The notes beneath the pieces are model-generated. The model was not told the DNA's origin. It did no database searches and saw only the letters and a program-made list of their open reading frames with translations. A DNA stretch of 64,000 bases from a candidate division WOR-3 bacterium (GTDB lineage: Bacteria > Hydrothermota > 32-111). Below are positions 52,191-62,480 of this stretch, piece by piece. The translations under genes and the position numbers were made by a program. Location of the stretch: contig JBDRZU010000001.1 in NCBI GenBank assembly GCA_039804105.1, positions 1 through 64,000 on the forward strand, given 5' to 3'. Positions within the stretch are counted from its first letter, which is position 1, and each line of letters opens with the position of its first letter.

Positions 52191-52256
52191 TTTATTGACA
52201 TAATTATTTTTTTTGATAATATTTAATTCTAATTATAAATTGAGAAAGGAGTTAAA

Positions 52257-53807
52257 ATGACTCTTGAAGAAAAATTGTTAAATCTTAAAAATAAAAGGGA
52301 AAAAGCTTTACTTGGTGGTGGTGAGGAAAGAATAAAAAAACAACATGAGAAAGGTAAACTCACTGCAAGAGAAAGGATCAATATTTTACTTGATGAAGGA
52401 TCGTTTGAAGAGTTTGATATGTTCGTTGAGCACAGATGTACAAATTTTGGAATTGATAAAACGAAGATACCAGGTGATGGAGTTGTTACAGGGTATGGCA
52501 CTATAGATGGAAGGCCTGTTTTCGTTTTTTCTCAGGATTTTACTGTTTTTGGTGGTTCTCTATCAGAAACTTTTGCAGAAAAGATCTGTAAAATTATGGA
52601 CATGGCTGCAAAAAATGGGGTTCCTGTTATCGGACTTAACGATTCAGGTGGAGCGAGGATCCAGGAGGGAATTGAATCTTTAGCAGGTTATGCGGAAATA
52701 TTTTTGAGAAATGTTATGTATTCCGGTGTGATTCCGCAGATATCAGCTATAATGGGCCCCTGTGCTGGCGGTGCAGTTTATTCTCCTGCTATAACAGATT
52801 TTATCTTTATGGTTAAAAAAACTTCCTATATGTTTTTAACTGGTCCCAAGGTTGTAAAAACAGTAACGAATGAGGATGTTGATGAGGAATCACTTGGGGG
52901 TGCTTCAATACATTCAACGAAATCTGGTGTCGCACATTTTGTTTTTGATTCTGACGAAGAAGTTTTAAAGAATATTAGAAAACTTTTCTCTTTTCTCCCT
53001 TTGAATAATAAAGAAAATCCACCCGTGATAAAAAATGATGATCCGATTAACAGAGAAGATATAAGGTTGAATACGATTGTTCCAGACAATCCGAATAAAC
53101 CTTATGATATAAAAGAGATCATTAACATCATAGTTGATAATGGAGATTTCTTTGAAGTACAGCCATATTTTGCTACAAACCTTGTGATAGGTTTTGCAAG
53201 ATTTAACGGAAGACCTGTTGGGATAGTTGCAAACCAACCGAAATCACTTGCAGGAGTTCTTGATATCAATGCATCTGAAAAAGGGGCAAGATTTGTCAGG
53301 TTCTGTGACGCTTTTAACATACCACTTGTAATACTTGAAGATGTTCCGGGATTTTTACCTGGTACTCAACAGGAATATGGAGGAATAATAAAAAGTGGAG
53401 CAAAACTCCTTTATGCTTTTGCAGAAGCAACGGTTCCAAAGATCACAATAATTTTAAGAAAGGCGTACGGTGGTGCCTATTGTGTTATGTCCTCAAAACA
53501 CATAAGAGGTGACATAAATTATGCCTGGCCAACAGCTGAGATTGCTGTTATGGGGCCTAAAGGTGCAGTTGAAATAATTTTTGCAAAAGAGATAATGAAG
53601 GCCGAAAACAAAGAGGAAGCTGAAGAAAAATTTGAAGCGGAATACAGAGAAAAATTCGCTAATCCTTATTCAGCTGCGGTTAGAGGTTATATAGAAGATG
53701 TTATAGAACCAAAAACGACAAGGTTCAGGATAATAAGAGCATTAGAACTCTGTAAAAACAAGATGGATACAAATCCACCCAGAAAACATGGAAACATACC
53801 ATTATAA
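52257..53807 (+). CDS. mmdA: Carboxyltransferase (alpha) subunit of Na+-translocating methylmalonyl-CoA decarboxylase
   Basis: [51 protein letters not shown]; operon context. Confidence 0.88.
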   Translation: MTLEEKLLNLKNKREKALLGGGEERIKKQHEKGKLTARERINILLDEGSFEEFDMFVEHRCTNFGIDKTKIPGDGVVTGYGTIDGRPVFVFSQDFTVFGGSLSETFAEKICKIMDMAAKNGVPVIGLNDSGGARIQEGIESLAGYAEIFLRNVMYSGVIPQISAIMGPCAGGAVYSPAITDFIFMVKKTSYMFLTGPKVVKTVTNEDVDEESLGGASIHSTKSGVAHFVFDSDEEVLKNIRKLFSFLPLNNKENPPVIKNDDPINREDIRLNTIVPDNPNKPYDIKEIINIIVDNGDFFEVQPYFATNLVIGFARFNGRPVGIVANQPKSLAGVLDINASEKGARFVRFCDAFNIPLVILEDVPGFLPGTQQEYGGIIKSGAKLLYAFAEATVPKITIILRKAYGGAYCVMSSKHIRGDINYAWPTAEIAVMGPKGAVEIIFAKEIMKAENKEEAEEKFEAEYREKFANPYSAAVRGYIEDVIEPKTTRFRIIRALELCKNKMDTNPPRKHGNIPL

Positions 53808-53812
53808 AAATT

Positions 53813-54214
53813 ATGAAAAAGTTTAAACTAAAATTCATCGTTACCCTTTTTGTTTTTAATCTAGTTTTTTTTCTTTCCGGTTCAGAGACAGGGGATATAG
53901 AAGTTAATCCATATTTTCTTCCAGTTGTTGGGATTGTAGCAGTTTTTAGTGGACTTATATTAATACAAATTTTTATAAACATTTTGAAAAAAGCTTTAAA
54001 CCCCCCACAGAAAGGTTTCAAAGATAAAAAGGTGGAAGATTTCAACAAAAGTATTCTTGAAAAGATTGAACTTGATGAAGAGGAGTTGGTTGCGATATCA
54101 ACAGCTCTTGTACTTGAGTACAAACTTCATCATACATTGTCAAAGGATAAATTAACAATAAAATGGGAGGATAAACCTCCATATTGGTTTTATGCAAGGA
54201 GTAAAAATGGGTGA
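53813..54214 (+). CDS. mmdD: OadG/MmdD-family membrane anchor subunit
   Basis: GIVAVFSGLILI TM, EELVAISTAL; between alpha and biotin carrier. Confidence 0.8.
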   Translation: MKKFKLKFIVTLFVFNLVFFLSGSETGDIEVNPYFLPVVGIVAVFSGLILIQIFINILKKALNPPQKGFKDKKVEDFNKSILEKIELDEEELVAISTALVLEYKLHHTLSKDKLTIKWEDKPPYWFYARSKNG

Positions 54215-54638
54215 ATATGTTTTTAATATAAACGGTAAAGATTATAAAGTAAAGGTAAACTCTCTTGAAGAAAATGTTGCAGATATAGAGATTAACGGTA
54301 AAAATTATAAGGTGAATTTCAGGCAGATAGGAAGCGTTGATCAAACTGCAAAAAAGGTCCTACCTTCACAATCACCTGATAAACCTATATTACAAAGTGA
54401 GAAGAAAAGTGAAGGAGAATCTGTGAAAAAAGTTCTTGCTCCGCTTCCTGGGGTTGTTTTGAATGTTTTGGTAAAAGAAGGTGATCATGTTAAAGAAGGT
54501 CAAGATCTTTTGATTATGGAAGCGATGAAAATGGAAAATGCTATACATTCTCCATATTCTGGAAAGATTTTAAAAATCAATGTAAAGAAAGATGATACGA
54601 TATCTGAAGGAGATATACTCGTTGAGATAGGAGAATAA
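54207..54638 (+). CDS. mmdC: Biotin carboxyl carrier subunit
   Basis: APLPG, EAMKMEN; AAGGAG SD favours ATG 54207. Confidence 0.92.
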   Translation: MGEYVFNINGKDYKVKVNSLEENVADIEINGKNYKVNFRQIGSVDQTAKKVLPSQSPDKPILQSEKKSEGESVKKVLAPLPGVVLNVLVKEGDHVKEGQDLLIMEAMKMENAIHSPYSGKILKINVKKDDTISEGDILVEIGE

Positions 54639-54641
54639 AAA

Positions 54642-55778
54642 ATGGCCCATATCTTTAAAACTTTTTTTTCGATGACAGGTTTTGCTAATCTTGATTATAG
54701 ATATCTTGTGATGATTTTTGTAGGAATTTTTTTCATATACCTTGCTGTTACCAAAGAGTATGAACCACTACTACTTCTGCCTATAGGTTTTGGAATACTC
54801 ATTGGTAACATACCTATAATGTTAGGTTTAAAGATCGGGATCTATGAAAGTGGAAGTGTATTGAATTATCTTTATTTTGGAGTTTTACAGGGAATTTATC
54901 CACCATTGATTTTTCTTGGAATAGGAGCGATGACCGATTTTTCAAATCTTTTATCGAATCCAAAAACTCTACTTCTTGGGGCAGCAGCACAACTAGGAAT
55001 TTTTACCACTTTTATAGGAGCTTATCTTTTAGGATTCACCCTTCCAGAGGCAGGTTCTATCGGAATCATCGGTGGTGCTGATGGTCCAACAGCAATATTT
55101 TTAACTTCAAAACTTGCCCCAAAACTTTTAGGACCGATTGCAATAGCAGCATATTCATATATGGCACTCGTTCCAGTTATTCAACCACCAATCATGATGC
55201 TTTTGACAACAAAAAAGGAAAGGTTGATAAGAATGAAGAAACCAAGGCCTGTTAAAAAAACTGAAAAGATAATTTTTCCGATTGCGGGTTTTATCATAAC
55301 AGCAATGATAGTCCCAGCAGCGATACCTCTTTTGGGAATGTTGTTCTTTGGGAATCTTTTGAGAGAGAGTGGAGTAACAACAAGGTTAGCAAAAACCGCA
55401 TCATCTGCTCTTATAGATATATGTACCATTATGATAGGAATATGTGTTGGTGCATCGACACAAGCTGATGTTTTTCTAACATCACAATCGATAAAGATTT
55501 TTATTCTCGGTGCTCTTGCTTTTGCGTTCTCTTCAGCAGGTGGAATACTTTTCGCAAAATTTTTGAATCTGTTTTTAAAACCTGAAGATAAGATAAATCC
55601 CTTAATCGGTTCTGCAGGTGTTTCAGCTGTTCCCGATTCTGCAAGAGTTTCAGAAATGATGGGACTTAAAGATGATCCTGAAAACCATCTCTTGATGCAC
55701 GCAATGGGACCGAATGTCGCAGGTGTTATTGGTTCAGCAATAGCAGCAGGAATCTTATTATCATTCTTTTTAAAATAA
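54642..55778 (+). CDS. mmdB: Na+-transporting decarboxylase beta subunit
   Basis: EPLLLLPIGFG, GIIGGADGPTAI, AAYSYMAL, GVSAVP, AMGPNVAGVIGS. Confidence 0.95.
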   Translation: MAHIFKTFFSMTGFANLDYRYLVMIFVGIFFIYLAVTKEYEPLLLLPIGFGILIGNIPIMLGLKIGIYESGSVLNYLYFGVLQGIYPPLIFLGIGAMTDFSNLLSNPKTLLLGAAAQLGIFTTFIGAYLLGFTLPEAGSIGIIGGADGPTAIFLTSKLAPKLLGPIAIAAYSYMALVPVIQPPIMMLLTTKKERLIRMKKPRPVKKTEKIIFPIAGFIITAMIVPAAIPLLGMLFFGNLLRESGVTTRLAKTASSALIDICTIMIGICVGASTQADVFLTSQSIKIFILGALAFAFSSAGGILFAKFLNLFLKPEDKINPLIGSAGVSAVPDSARVSEMMGLKDDPENHLLMHAMGPNVAGVIGSAIAAGILLSFFLK

Positions 55779-55782
55779 GTTA

Positions 55783-55811
55783 TTGTCAACATCCATAATT
55801 TTTAATATAAT
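55783..55811 (+). promoter_or_regulatory. sigma70-type promoter, leaderless geometry
   Basis: TTGTCA-N17-TATAAT, 6 nt before ATG 55818, no SD. Confidence 0.7.
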
Positions 55812-55817
55812 TAAAAA

Positions 55818-57215
55818 ATGGAATTTAAATCGATTTTAGGGAAAAGGGTCTTTCTTTCAATATTTTTAATTTTTTTGATTCTATCGGATATAATATTTTC
55901 AATCTATCTTAATGTTATTATAAGTTATTATGAAAACGATTATCTAACAGACAATTATAAAAAAATCACCGATTTTAAAAAAAGATATGATAAAGAGTTT
56001 TCCGATTTCAATTCTTTACAAGAATTTCTTTTGAAGAAACAAGATTTTTTTCAAAAGGATTTAAACTCTTTGAATCTCCACTCATATTTTATAACCGATT
56101 CTTCACTTTATCCTTTTATAGTTTCAAAAAATTTTATTTTCAAGGAGAGTCAGATAAGATATTTTTTACTTCCCCTTTTAAAAGAGAATATCAGTATGAG
56201 GTTCTTTTTTAAAGATCTCGATATTTATACCTCTAAAATCACCAATGGAAAGAATAAAGATTTTTTTATGATATTAAATTTTAAAAGTAACAACTATTTT
56301 TTGAAAAGAATCCTTTTTTACTTTTTGATCTATAAATTTATACTTCTGATTTTAACTGTGATAAGTATCGTATCGTTGTTGAAAAGTATAGAAAGACCAA
56401 TAGAAAAAATGAAGGATATAGTTAAACTTGTAGGAATGGATCTTAACTACGATAATCCTGACAGTTTTGTAAAAGTTTTTAAGGACTCACTTGAAAATCT
56501 TGTTGAGACTCAAAGAATTGAAAAGGACGCTAACATAATTTTAAAAAATAAAATAAAAGAATTGGAAGAGAATTACAGTTTAAGAGAAAGTTTATTGAAA
56601 CTGTCAGAGATAACATCAGGAATTGCACACCAGTTAAACAATAACCTTGGCTCCACAATAGGACTTTTGCAAAAAGGTCTCGAAAACAATGATATGGATC
56701 TTGTAAAAACTGTTATTGAAGATTTGAAAAAACTTTCTTTGTTCACAAAAAAATTTATCGAATTTTCAAAGGATGAAAAACCATATTTTGTTGAAGTAGA
56801 TTTAAAGGAAATATTGAAAAATGTTGTTGAAAGATTTCCACTTGAATATGTTGAAGATTTTCCTGAAGAAAGTGTTATGATAAATACAGACCCTGTTCTG
56901 TTTGAACAGGTTCTATTTAACATCTTCGACAACATCGATAAATACTCTCAAGGGAAGAAAGTAGAACTTGTAATAAAGAATCTGATTGAAAAAATTGAAT
57001 TAGAGATAAAAGATTCTGGTCCAGGTTTTCCCAAAAATATTCTTGAAAAACTTTATAGTCCGTTCAATGCTGATGCGAAAGGAACTGGACTTGGAATTCC
57101 TACGATAATAAAGATTTGCACTATACTTGATATAGATTATATTTTTTCAAATTTTAACAATAGAGGCAAAATTGTTCTCATTTTCAAAAATGAAAAAAAG
57201 AATTCTGATCGTTGA
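55818..57215 (+). CDS. Membrane sensor histidine kinase
   Basis: Two TMs, H-box GIAHQLNN, N-box NIFDN, DSGPGF, GTGLG. Confidence 0.9.
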   Translation: MEFKSILGKRVFLSIFLIFLILSDIIFSIYLNVIISYYENDYLTDNYKKITDFKKRYDKEFSDFNSLQEFLLKKQDFFQKDLNSLNLHSYFITDSSLYPFIVSKNFIFKESQIRYFLLPLLKENISMRFFFKDLDIYTSKITNGKNKDFFMILNFKSNNYFLKRILFYFLIYKFILLILTVISIVSLLKSIERPIEKMKDIVKLVGMDLNYDNPDSFVKVFKDSLENLVETQRIEKDANIILKNKIKELEENYSLRESLLKLSEITSGIAHQLNNNLGSTIGLLQKGLENNDMDLVKTVIEDLKKLSLFTKKFIEFSKDEKPYFVEVDLKEILKNVVERFPLEYVEDFPEESVMINTDPVLFEQVLFNIFDNIDKYSQGKKVELVIKNLIEKIELEIKDSGPGFPKNILEKLYSPFNADAKGTGLGIPTIIKICTILDIDYIFSNFNNRGKIVLIFKNEKKNSDR

Positions 57216-58467
57216 AGACAATACATCGTTTAGAATCTTTCTTAAGGAAAGCTTAAAGGAAGATTATGATATAGATGAAGTAAAATCGGTTGCTGAATTT
57301 GATCATATATTTGCGAAATTCAAGTATTCTCTTGTAATACTTGATATCAAATTACCAGATGGCAGCGGAGTTGATGTGTTGAAAAAGATAAAGAACATAG
57401 ATGATCAGGTTAAAGTGGTTATACTTACTGCTTATGGTGATATTCCTCTTGCAATCGAATGTATAAAAAAAGGAGCAATCGATTTTTGGCAAAAACCTAT
57501 AGATTATGATGTTTTGAAGAAAAAAGTGAAAAATATTTTGAAGGATACTCTTTTTAATGAAATTGAAAAAGAATATGTTGGGATTTCAAAAAATAGTTGT
57601 GAGATAAGAGAAAATATAATGCAGTGTTCTTCAAGTGATGTGAGTGTGATAATCGTTGGACCTGTTGGCTCTGGAAAAACGCTTGTATCTGAACTTATAC
57701 ATAAGTATTCCAACAGAAAAGAGAAAAATCTTATAGAGATAGATCTGGCTTCCTTTAACAGGAATCTTATCGAAAGTGAACTCTTTGGTGTGGCGAAGGG
57801 AGCATTTACAGGTGCTTACATATCAAGAGATGGTCTTTTAAAAAAATCGTATGGGGGAACAATTGTTTTAAAAAATATTGAAGAAGTTGATTTTGTGATA
57901 CAGGGAAAAATTTTGAGATTTCTTGATACAAAATCTTTTTATCCTGTTGGTTCAAACAGAGAAGAAAAAATTGATGTAAGAATAATTTCTGTTTTTTCTG
58001 AAGAACCTGAAAACCTTGTTGAAAAGAACTTGCTAAGAAAAGATCTTTTGTTCAGATTGAATGTTTACAGAATAAAAATTTTACCTTTAAAGGAAAGAAA
58101 AGAGGATATTCCAGTTTTGGCAGATTTTTTGACTGAAAAAGTTAGTAAAAGGTTATCTTTGAGAAAAAGAAGTGATTATGATTCTTTTGTTGAAAAAATA
58201 TTGGGATTTGAGTTTGAAGGGAATGTTAAAGAACTTGAAAACCTTATTGAAAACTATCTTTTAAAAAAGGATTTTGAATTGAACCTTAATGAAACAAAAT
58301 TTGGATTAAAAGATCTTGTAAAAGAAAAAACGGAGGAATTTGAAAAAGAAGAAATTTTGAAAACTCTAAAATTGGTCAACTGGAATAAAATGAAAGCAGC
58401 AAAAGTTTTAAAGATAAGTTATAGAAGTTTACTTGACAAAATCAAGGAGTATAAAATTGAGAAATAA
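57190..58467 (+). CDS. NtrC-family response regulator (REC-AAA-HTH) with degenerate ATPase motifs
   Basis: REC ILIVED/LDIKLPDG/KP; GPVGSGKT; ESELFG..KGAFTGA; Walker B reads LKNIEE; C-terminal HTH. Confidence 0.9.
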   Translation: MKKRILIVEDNTSFRIFLKESLKEDYDIDEVKSVAEFDHIFAKFKYSLVILDIKLPDGSGVDVLKKIKNIDDQVKVVILTAYGDIPLAIECIKKGAIDFWQKPIDYDVLKKKVKNILKDTLFNEIEKEYVGISKNSCEIRENIMQCSSSDVSVIIVGPVGSGKTLVSELIHKYSNRKEKNLIEIDLASFNRNLIESELFGVAKGAFTGAYISRDGLLKKSYGGTIVLKNIEEVDFVIQGKILRFLDTKSFYPVGSNREEKIDVRIISVFSEEPENLVEKNLLRKDLLFRLNVYRIKILPLKERKEDIPVLADFLTEKVSKRLSLRKRSDYDSFVEKILGFEFEGNVKELENLIENYLLKKDFELNLNETKFGLKDLVKEKTEEFEKEEILKTLKLVNWNKMKAAKVLKISYRSLLDKIKEYKIEK

Positions 58468-59767
58468 AAATTTTATACTTAAAAATGTAAGATATCACGA
58501 TACATTAAGAAATTCAATTGTTTTCAGAGAGAAGATTTATATAAAGGATGGGAAATTTTCATTTGATGTTGATGAAGGAGAATGTAAAGGTTTCATACTT
58601 TTTGATTGTTCAAAGTTTTTACTTTTCCCATCGTTTGTGCAAATACACACCCATATCTGTCAAAATCTTGCAAAAGGTTTTGCAGAAGAGATGGGACTAT
58701 ATGAATGGTTACAGAAGAGGATAATCCCTTATGAAAGAAAATTAAAGAAGGATATATTATCATTATCTTGTAAACTTTCCCTTTATGAACTTATAGATTC
58801 AGGAACAACAACTATATTAGATATGGGAACTTTTGAAAATCAGGAAACGGTTTTTGATGAGATAGAAAATTCAAATATAAGGGGATTTTCAGGTAATGTC
58901 TTTATGGATAGAAAGTTTGGAGGTTTTAAAACTGAGGTAGAAAGATATGAAGGTTATACGAAAGATTTGTTTGAAAGAATAAAGGATTACAAAAATGTAA
59001 AGTATGTGTTATGCCCAAGATTTGTTCCAGGTGTTACAAAGGAAGGAATAAAAACACTTTTAAAATTGAGAGATAAATATGATCTTTTTATCCATACACA
59101 TTCTTCTGAAACTTTACAGGAGAATCTTTTTACATTAAACCGGTACAATATGTCAAATGTGGAATTCTTTGATGGATCAGGACTCTTTGAAGGTAATGTT
59201 ATTCTTGCACACTGTATTTTTTTAAACAAAAATGATATCGAAATTTTAAAGAAAAAAAAGGTTAACATTGCACATTGTCCTTCTGCGAATGGAAAATTGA
59301 AAAATGGGATCGCTGATATTACAAGTTTTTGTGAACAAAAGATAAATGTTGGTTTAGGATCGGATGGTGCTCCATGTAACAACAATATGAATCAAATATT
59401 TGAAATGAGATTAGCAAAACTTTTTCAAAACATTAAGTATGGAGAAAAAGGGATATCATCCGCAAAAATTTTTCAAATGGCAACGATAAATGGTGCTAAG
59501 GCGCTTAAACTCGAAAATAATCTTGGATTCATTAAAGATGGGTTTGATGCTGATTTTATTTTGGTAGAAGATGATGTAAATGTTTCTTCTTTTGTTGTGG
59601 ATCCAGCTTCATCGTTTATGTTTTCAATCTATCCTGAAAATATCAAATATGTTTTTTCAAAAGGGAAACCTTTAAAGTATAATGGTAAAGTTCTTGCATA
59701 CGATAAAGATGATCTTTTAAAAGAAAGAAAAAAAATTTTAAAATACCTTTTTTCTAACAGGTTTTGA
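58457..59767 (+). CDS. Amidohydrolase (5'-deoxyadenosine / MTA-SAH deaminase-like)
   Basis: HTHICQ, SGTTT..DM, HTHSSET, LAHC, HCPSAN.KL..G, GSDGAPCNN; AAGGAG SD favours TTG 58457. Confidence 0.85.
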   Translation: MRNKNFILKNVRYHDTLRNSIVFREKIYIKDGKFSFDVDEGECKGFILFDCSKFLLFPSFVQIHTHICQNLAKGFAEEMGLYEWLQKRIIPYERKLKKDILSLSCKLSLYELIDSGTTTILDMGTFENQETVFDEIENSNIRGFSGNVFMDRKFGGFKTEVERYEGYTKDLFERIKDYKNVKYVLCPRFVPGVTKEGIKTLLKLRDKYDLFIHTHSSETLQENLFTLNRYNMSNVEFFDGSGLFEGNVILAHCIFLNKNDIEILKKKKVNIAHCPSANGKLKNGIADITSFCEQKINVGLGSDGAPCNNNMNQIFEMRLAKLFQNIKYGEKGISSAKIFQMATINGAKALKLENNLGFIKDGFDADFILVEDDVNVSSFVVDPASSFMFSIYPENIKYVFSKGKPLKYNGKVLAYDKDDLLKERKKILKYLFSNRF

Positions 59768-61696
59768 TTCTTGAATTATTCCAAAATCAACTGTGAAATC
59801 CGATTTGAGTTTATCAACGTTTATATACATTATTAGATTTGGAAAAACGAATTGGTATCCTTTGGGTAATTGTGGAATCTCAACTATGTAAGCACCCATT
59901 GGGAGATTTGAGATGGTGTAAAATCCGTTCATATCAGTATAGGTATACTTATCTGAATCTTTTATCCTTACTATTATTCCTGGAATACCCTCCTCATTCT
60001 CATCCTTTACACCATCCTTGTTTAAATCTATAAAAACATATCCAGATATTGAGCCCAATTTGATAAGAGGTATATCAACACTTTTTTTTGTGAAATTTTC
60101 GACCTGAACAAAATAGTACTCTTTTATATCAAAATATGCTGGCAACTTTTTTTTATCGATTGAAATTTTATATCTACCTGGTTTTAAAAATTTAAAAGTG
60201 TAAAAACCATTCTTATCACTTTTTGACACTATTGAATCGTTTAAAACGATTGTTAAATTGTTTATTGGCTTATCATCACCATCGAATATCTCGTTGCTGT
60301 TTTTGTCATAAAAAACTCTTCCATTTAAAATTCCAGTATAAATGTTGTCAAGAACACCAGTGACTTCCAGTTTTGTCTGTATTTCAAATTGAACTCTTTC
60401 AAAATATCTGATATTTAGTTTGTTGCTAAAATTATAGTTTTTATAATCAATTGAAAAATCGAAATGGTTTCCAAGATATGATATTCTATGTATGTTCCCA
60501 AAGTCAACTCCATATTCGAATGAAAAAATTTTTTCTAACTTCCACCTTACATAGTTTGTTATAAAATAATCATTTATGCTATCTTTTTTTGTTAATTTGA
60601 ATGTTGAACCAATGTTTGTTCCGTTGTAAAAATTATAAGAAATGTTTGAATAAAAATTCAAAGTTTTGTAATTTACAAAATCATTTTTTGAAACATTTGA
60701 ATTGAAATAAAAATTTCTATACCATCTTGATATGTTTAAGGATGCAACTTGCCCGAATGGATTTTTCTGACTCAGGTTTCTGTATATGTCATAGGAAATA
60801 TCGATCTTTGGTAAGAACGATAAACTCAAAGAATTCTTTACCCCAAATCTTTCATAAGAGGAATTGTCAGAAGTGCTTATGTTGTATCTTGTATAGTTTA
60901 AAAAGAGTGATGTGAAATTTAAGATTCTTATTGACTGGAAAAAGTTGAAGTGTGTTCTTTTATTTTCTCTGTAAAATATTGAAAAATCAGAAAATTTTTC
61001 TGGATCATTTTGAAAGGATAACGATGTTGAAAAATATTTTGTTAAGAAATAAGTTTTTAGTGAGTACGATATGTTTGAAGTGGTAGAGTCGAGTATTGTA
61101 TGGTTAATATGATTTTTGAATGTGACATCAAAATTCAACCTATCGAAAAATTTTAAAAACTGGTTTACTCCGATTATGTTTTGTGATATAAAAGGTGAGT
61201 AAAAAGAATTATCCTCTCTTGAAAAAACAAAAATTTTTGTGGTATCATTTTTTGTAATAGACAATGGTAATAAAGTTCCGATTAAAATCCTATTTAAGTT
61301 ATTATTACCAAAATTTTGATTTAAAAAACTATTATCTTTACCTATTAAAAATTCAAACCCTGTAAATTTAAACCTTGATGAGAATTTGAAACCTCGAAAA
61401 TCAAAATATAAGAACCTATAAGGTAAAATATCTCCTGCTTCAAATAAAATAAAACCATTTTTATTATCAAAATAATTTATTGTGGAAAAATAAAGATTTA
61501 AAGGGAAATATTTATAGAGTTGAATATAAAAATCTTTTTTTGAGTTTTCCTCATCAGAAAAATATCGAACATTTATATACGGAGAATAATATTCAGAATT
61601 GGAGTATAGATAATTATCAATCGAAATATTGTAATAGTTTTCAGCGAAAACTATTACGAAAAGTAAAAATGTAAAAAAAGAAAAAAATTTTTTCAT
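59738..61696 (-). CDS. Exported protein: probable outer-membrane beta-barrel plus two SdrD-B-like domains (usher-like)
   Basis: Signal peptide; about 430 aa of aromatic/Asn/Ser-rich amphipathic strands; GRVFYDKNSN..FD and GYVFIDLNKDG..DENE.GIPG repeats. Confidence 0.65.
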   Translation of the reverse strand: MKKFFSFFTFLLFVIVFAENYYNISIDNYLYSNSEYYSPYINVRYFSDEENSKKDFYIQLYKYFPLNLYFSTINYFDNKNGFILFEAGDILPYRFLYFDFRGFKFSSRFKFTGFEFLIGKDNSFLNQNFGNNNLNRILIGTLLPLSITKNDTTKIFVFSREDNSFYSPFISQNIIGVNQFLKFFDRLNFDVTFKNHINHTILDSTTSNISYSLKTYFLTKYFSTSLSFQNDPEKFSDFSIFYRENKRTHFNFFQSIRILNFTSLFLNYTRYNISTSDNSSYERFGVKNSLSLSFLPKIDISYDIYRNLSQKNPFGQVASLNISRWYRNFYFNSNVSKNDFVNYKTLNFYSNISYNFYNGTNIGSTFKLTKKDSINDYFITNYVRWKLEKIFSFEYGVDFGNIHRISYLGNHFDFSIDYKNYNFSNKLNIRYFERVQFEIQTKLEVTGVLDNIYTGILNGRVFYDKNSNEIFDGDDKPINNLTIVLNDSIVSKSDKNGFYTFKFLKPGRYKISIDKKKLPAYFDIKEYYFVQVENFTKKSVDIPLIKLGSISGYVFIDLNKDGVKDENEEGIPGIIVRIKDSDKYTYTDMNGFYTISNLPMGAYIVEIPQLPKGYQFVFPNLIMYINVDKLKSDFTVDFGIIQESKPVRKKVF

Positions 61697-61699
61697 TCC

Positions 61700-62464
61700 C
61701 TAATTTATCGTAATCTTCTTTTCACCTTCAAGAAGTTCATTCCCCCCATAATCTATATTGACTTTTATCGTATAATCACCTTTTAAAAGTTGAGTTTCAA
61801 CTGGAAAAGAAATTGTGGTTCTTATTTCTGGAAGAGACACTTGTTCAGGGATCTCCAATTGATAAACCATTTTTTCATCTTTAAAAATTTTCATCGATGC
61901 TTTAACTCTCAAATGAACATTCCCAGTATTTTCAAAGATCGCTTTAACTTTGTATTCTTTTTTATCAAATTCAAGCCCTGTGATATCACCATTTTTTACT
62001 GTTGTTCCTGCGATCGTCGAGTATATCGTGCAACCAACTCTTCCAGCAACAAGTAGCATGCTTGATCCTGTTGGATTGAAAGGCGTTGATTCGAAAAATA
62101 TCATCGACCAGTAATCACCAAAAACGTTTTTGGGGACAGAGAGTGTAAATCTGATATCCTCAGAAGAGTTAGGATTTATGTTGAACTCTTGTGGATTAAC
62201 ATAGATCCAATTTGAACAGGAGTTTTTCAATTTACCTGCTGTAAAATACTTAACGTTGTTATCAATATCAAGACTCCAATCAACAGCGTATATTTTAACA
62301 TGAAGGGTAGAGTCTGTTGTATTTTGAACATTGATCGTAAAATTTTTGATCTCCTCAGGTCTCACTGTAAATTCATATTTGGGAGGTGAGATGTTAAAAC
62401 CGATCTGGGGGAAAATGTTTATAAATAAACTTAAAATCAAAATTGTTTTAACAAGTTTTAGCAT
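61700..62464 (-). CDS. Secreted two-domain Ig-like protein, DUF916/PapD chaperone-like
   Basis: ISPPKYEF, SCSNWI.V.P..F, GDYWSMIFFE, ENTGNVH motifs. Confidence 0.7.
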   Translation of the reverse strand: MLKLVKTILILSLFINIFPQIGFNISPPKYEFTVRPEEIKNFTINVQNTTDSTLHVKIYAVDWSLDIDNNVKYFTAGKLKNSCSNWIYVNPQEFNINPNSSEDIRFTLSVPKNVFGDYWSMIFFESTPFNPTGSSMLLVAGRVGCTIYSTIAGTTVKNGDITGLEFDKKEYKVKAIFENTGNVHLRVKASMKIFKDEKMVYQLEIPEQVSLPEIRTTISFPVETQLLKGDYTIKVNIDYGGNELLEGEKKITIN

Positions 62465-62480
62465 CCCACCTCCACAAATT

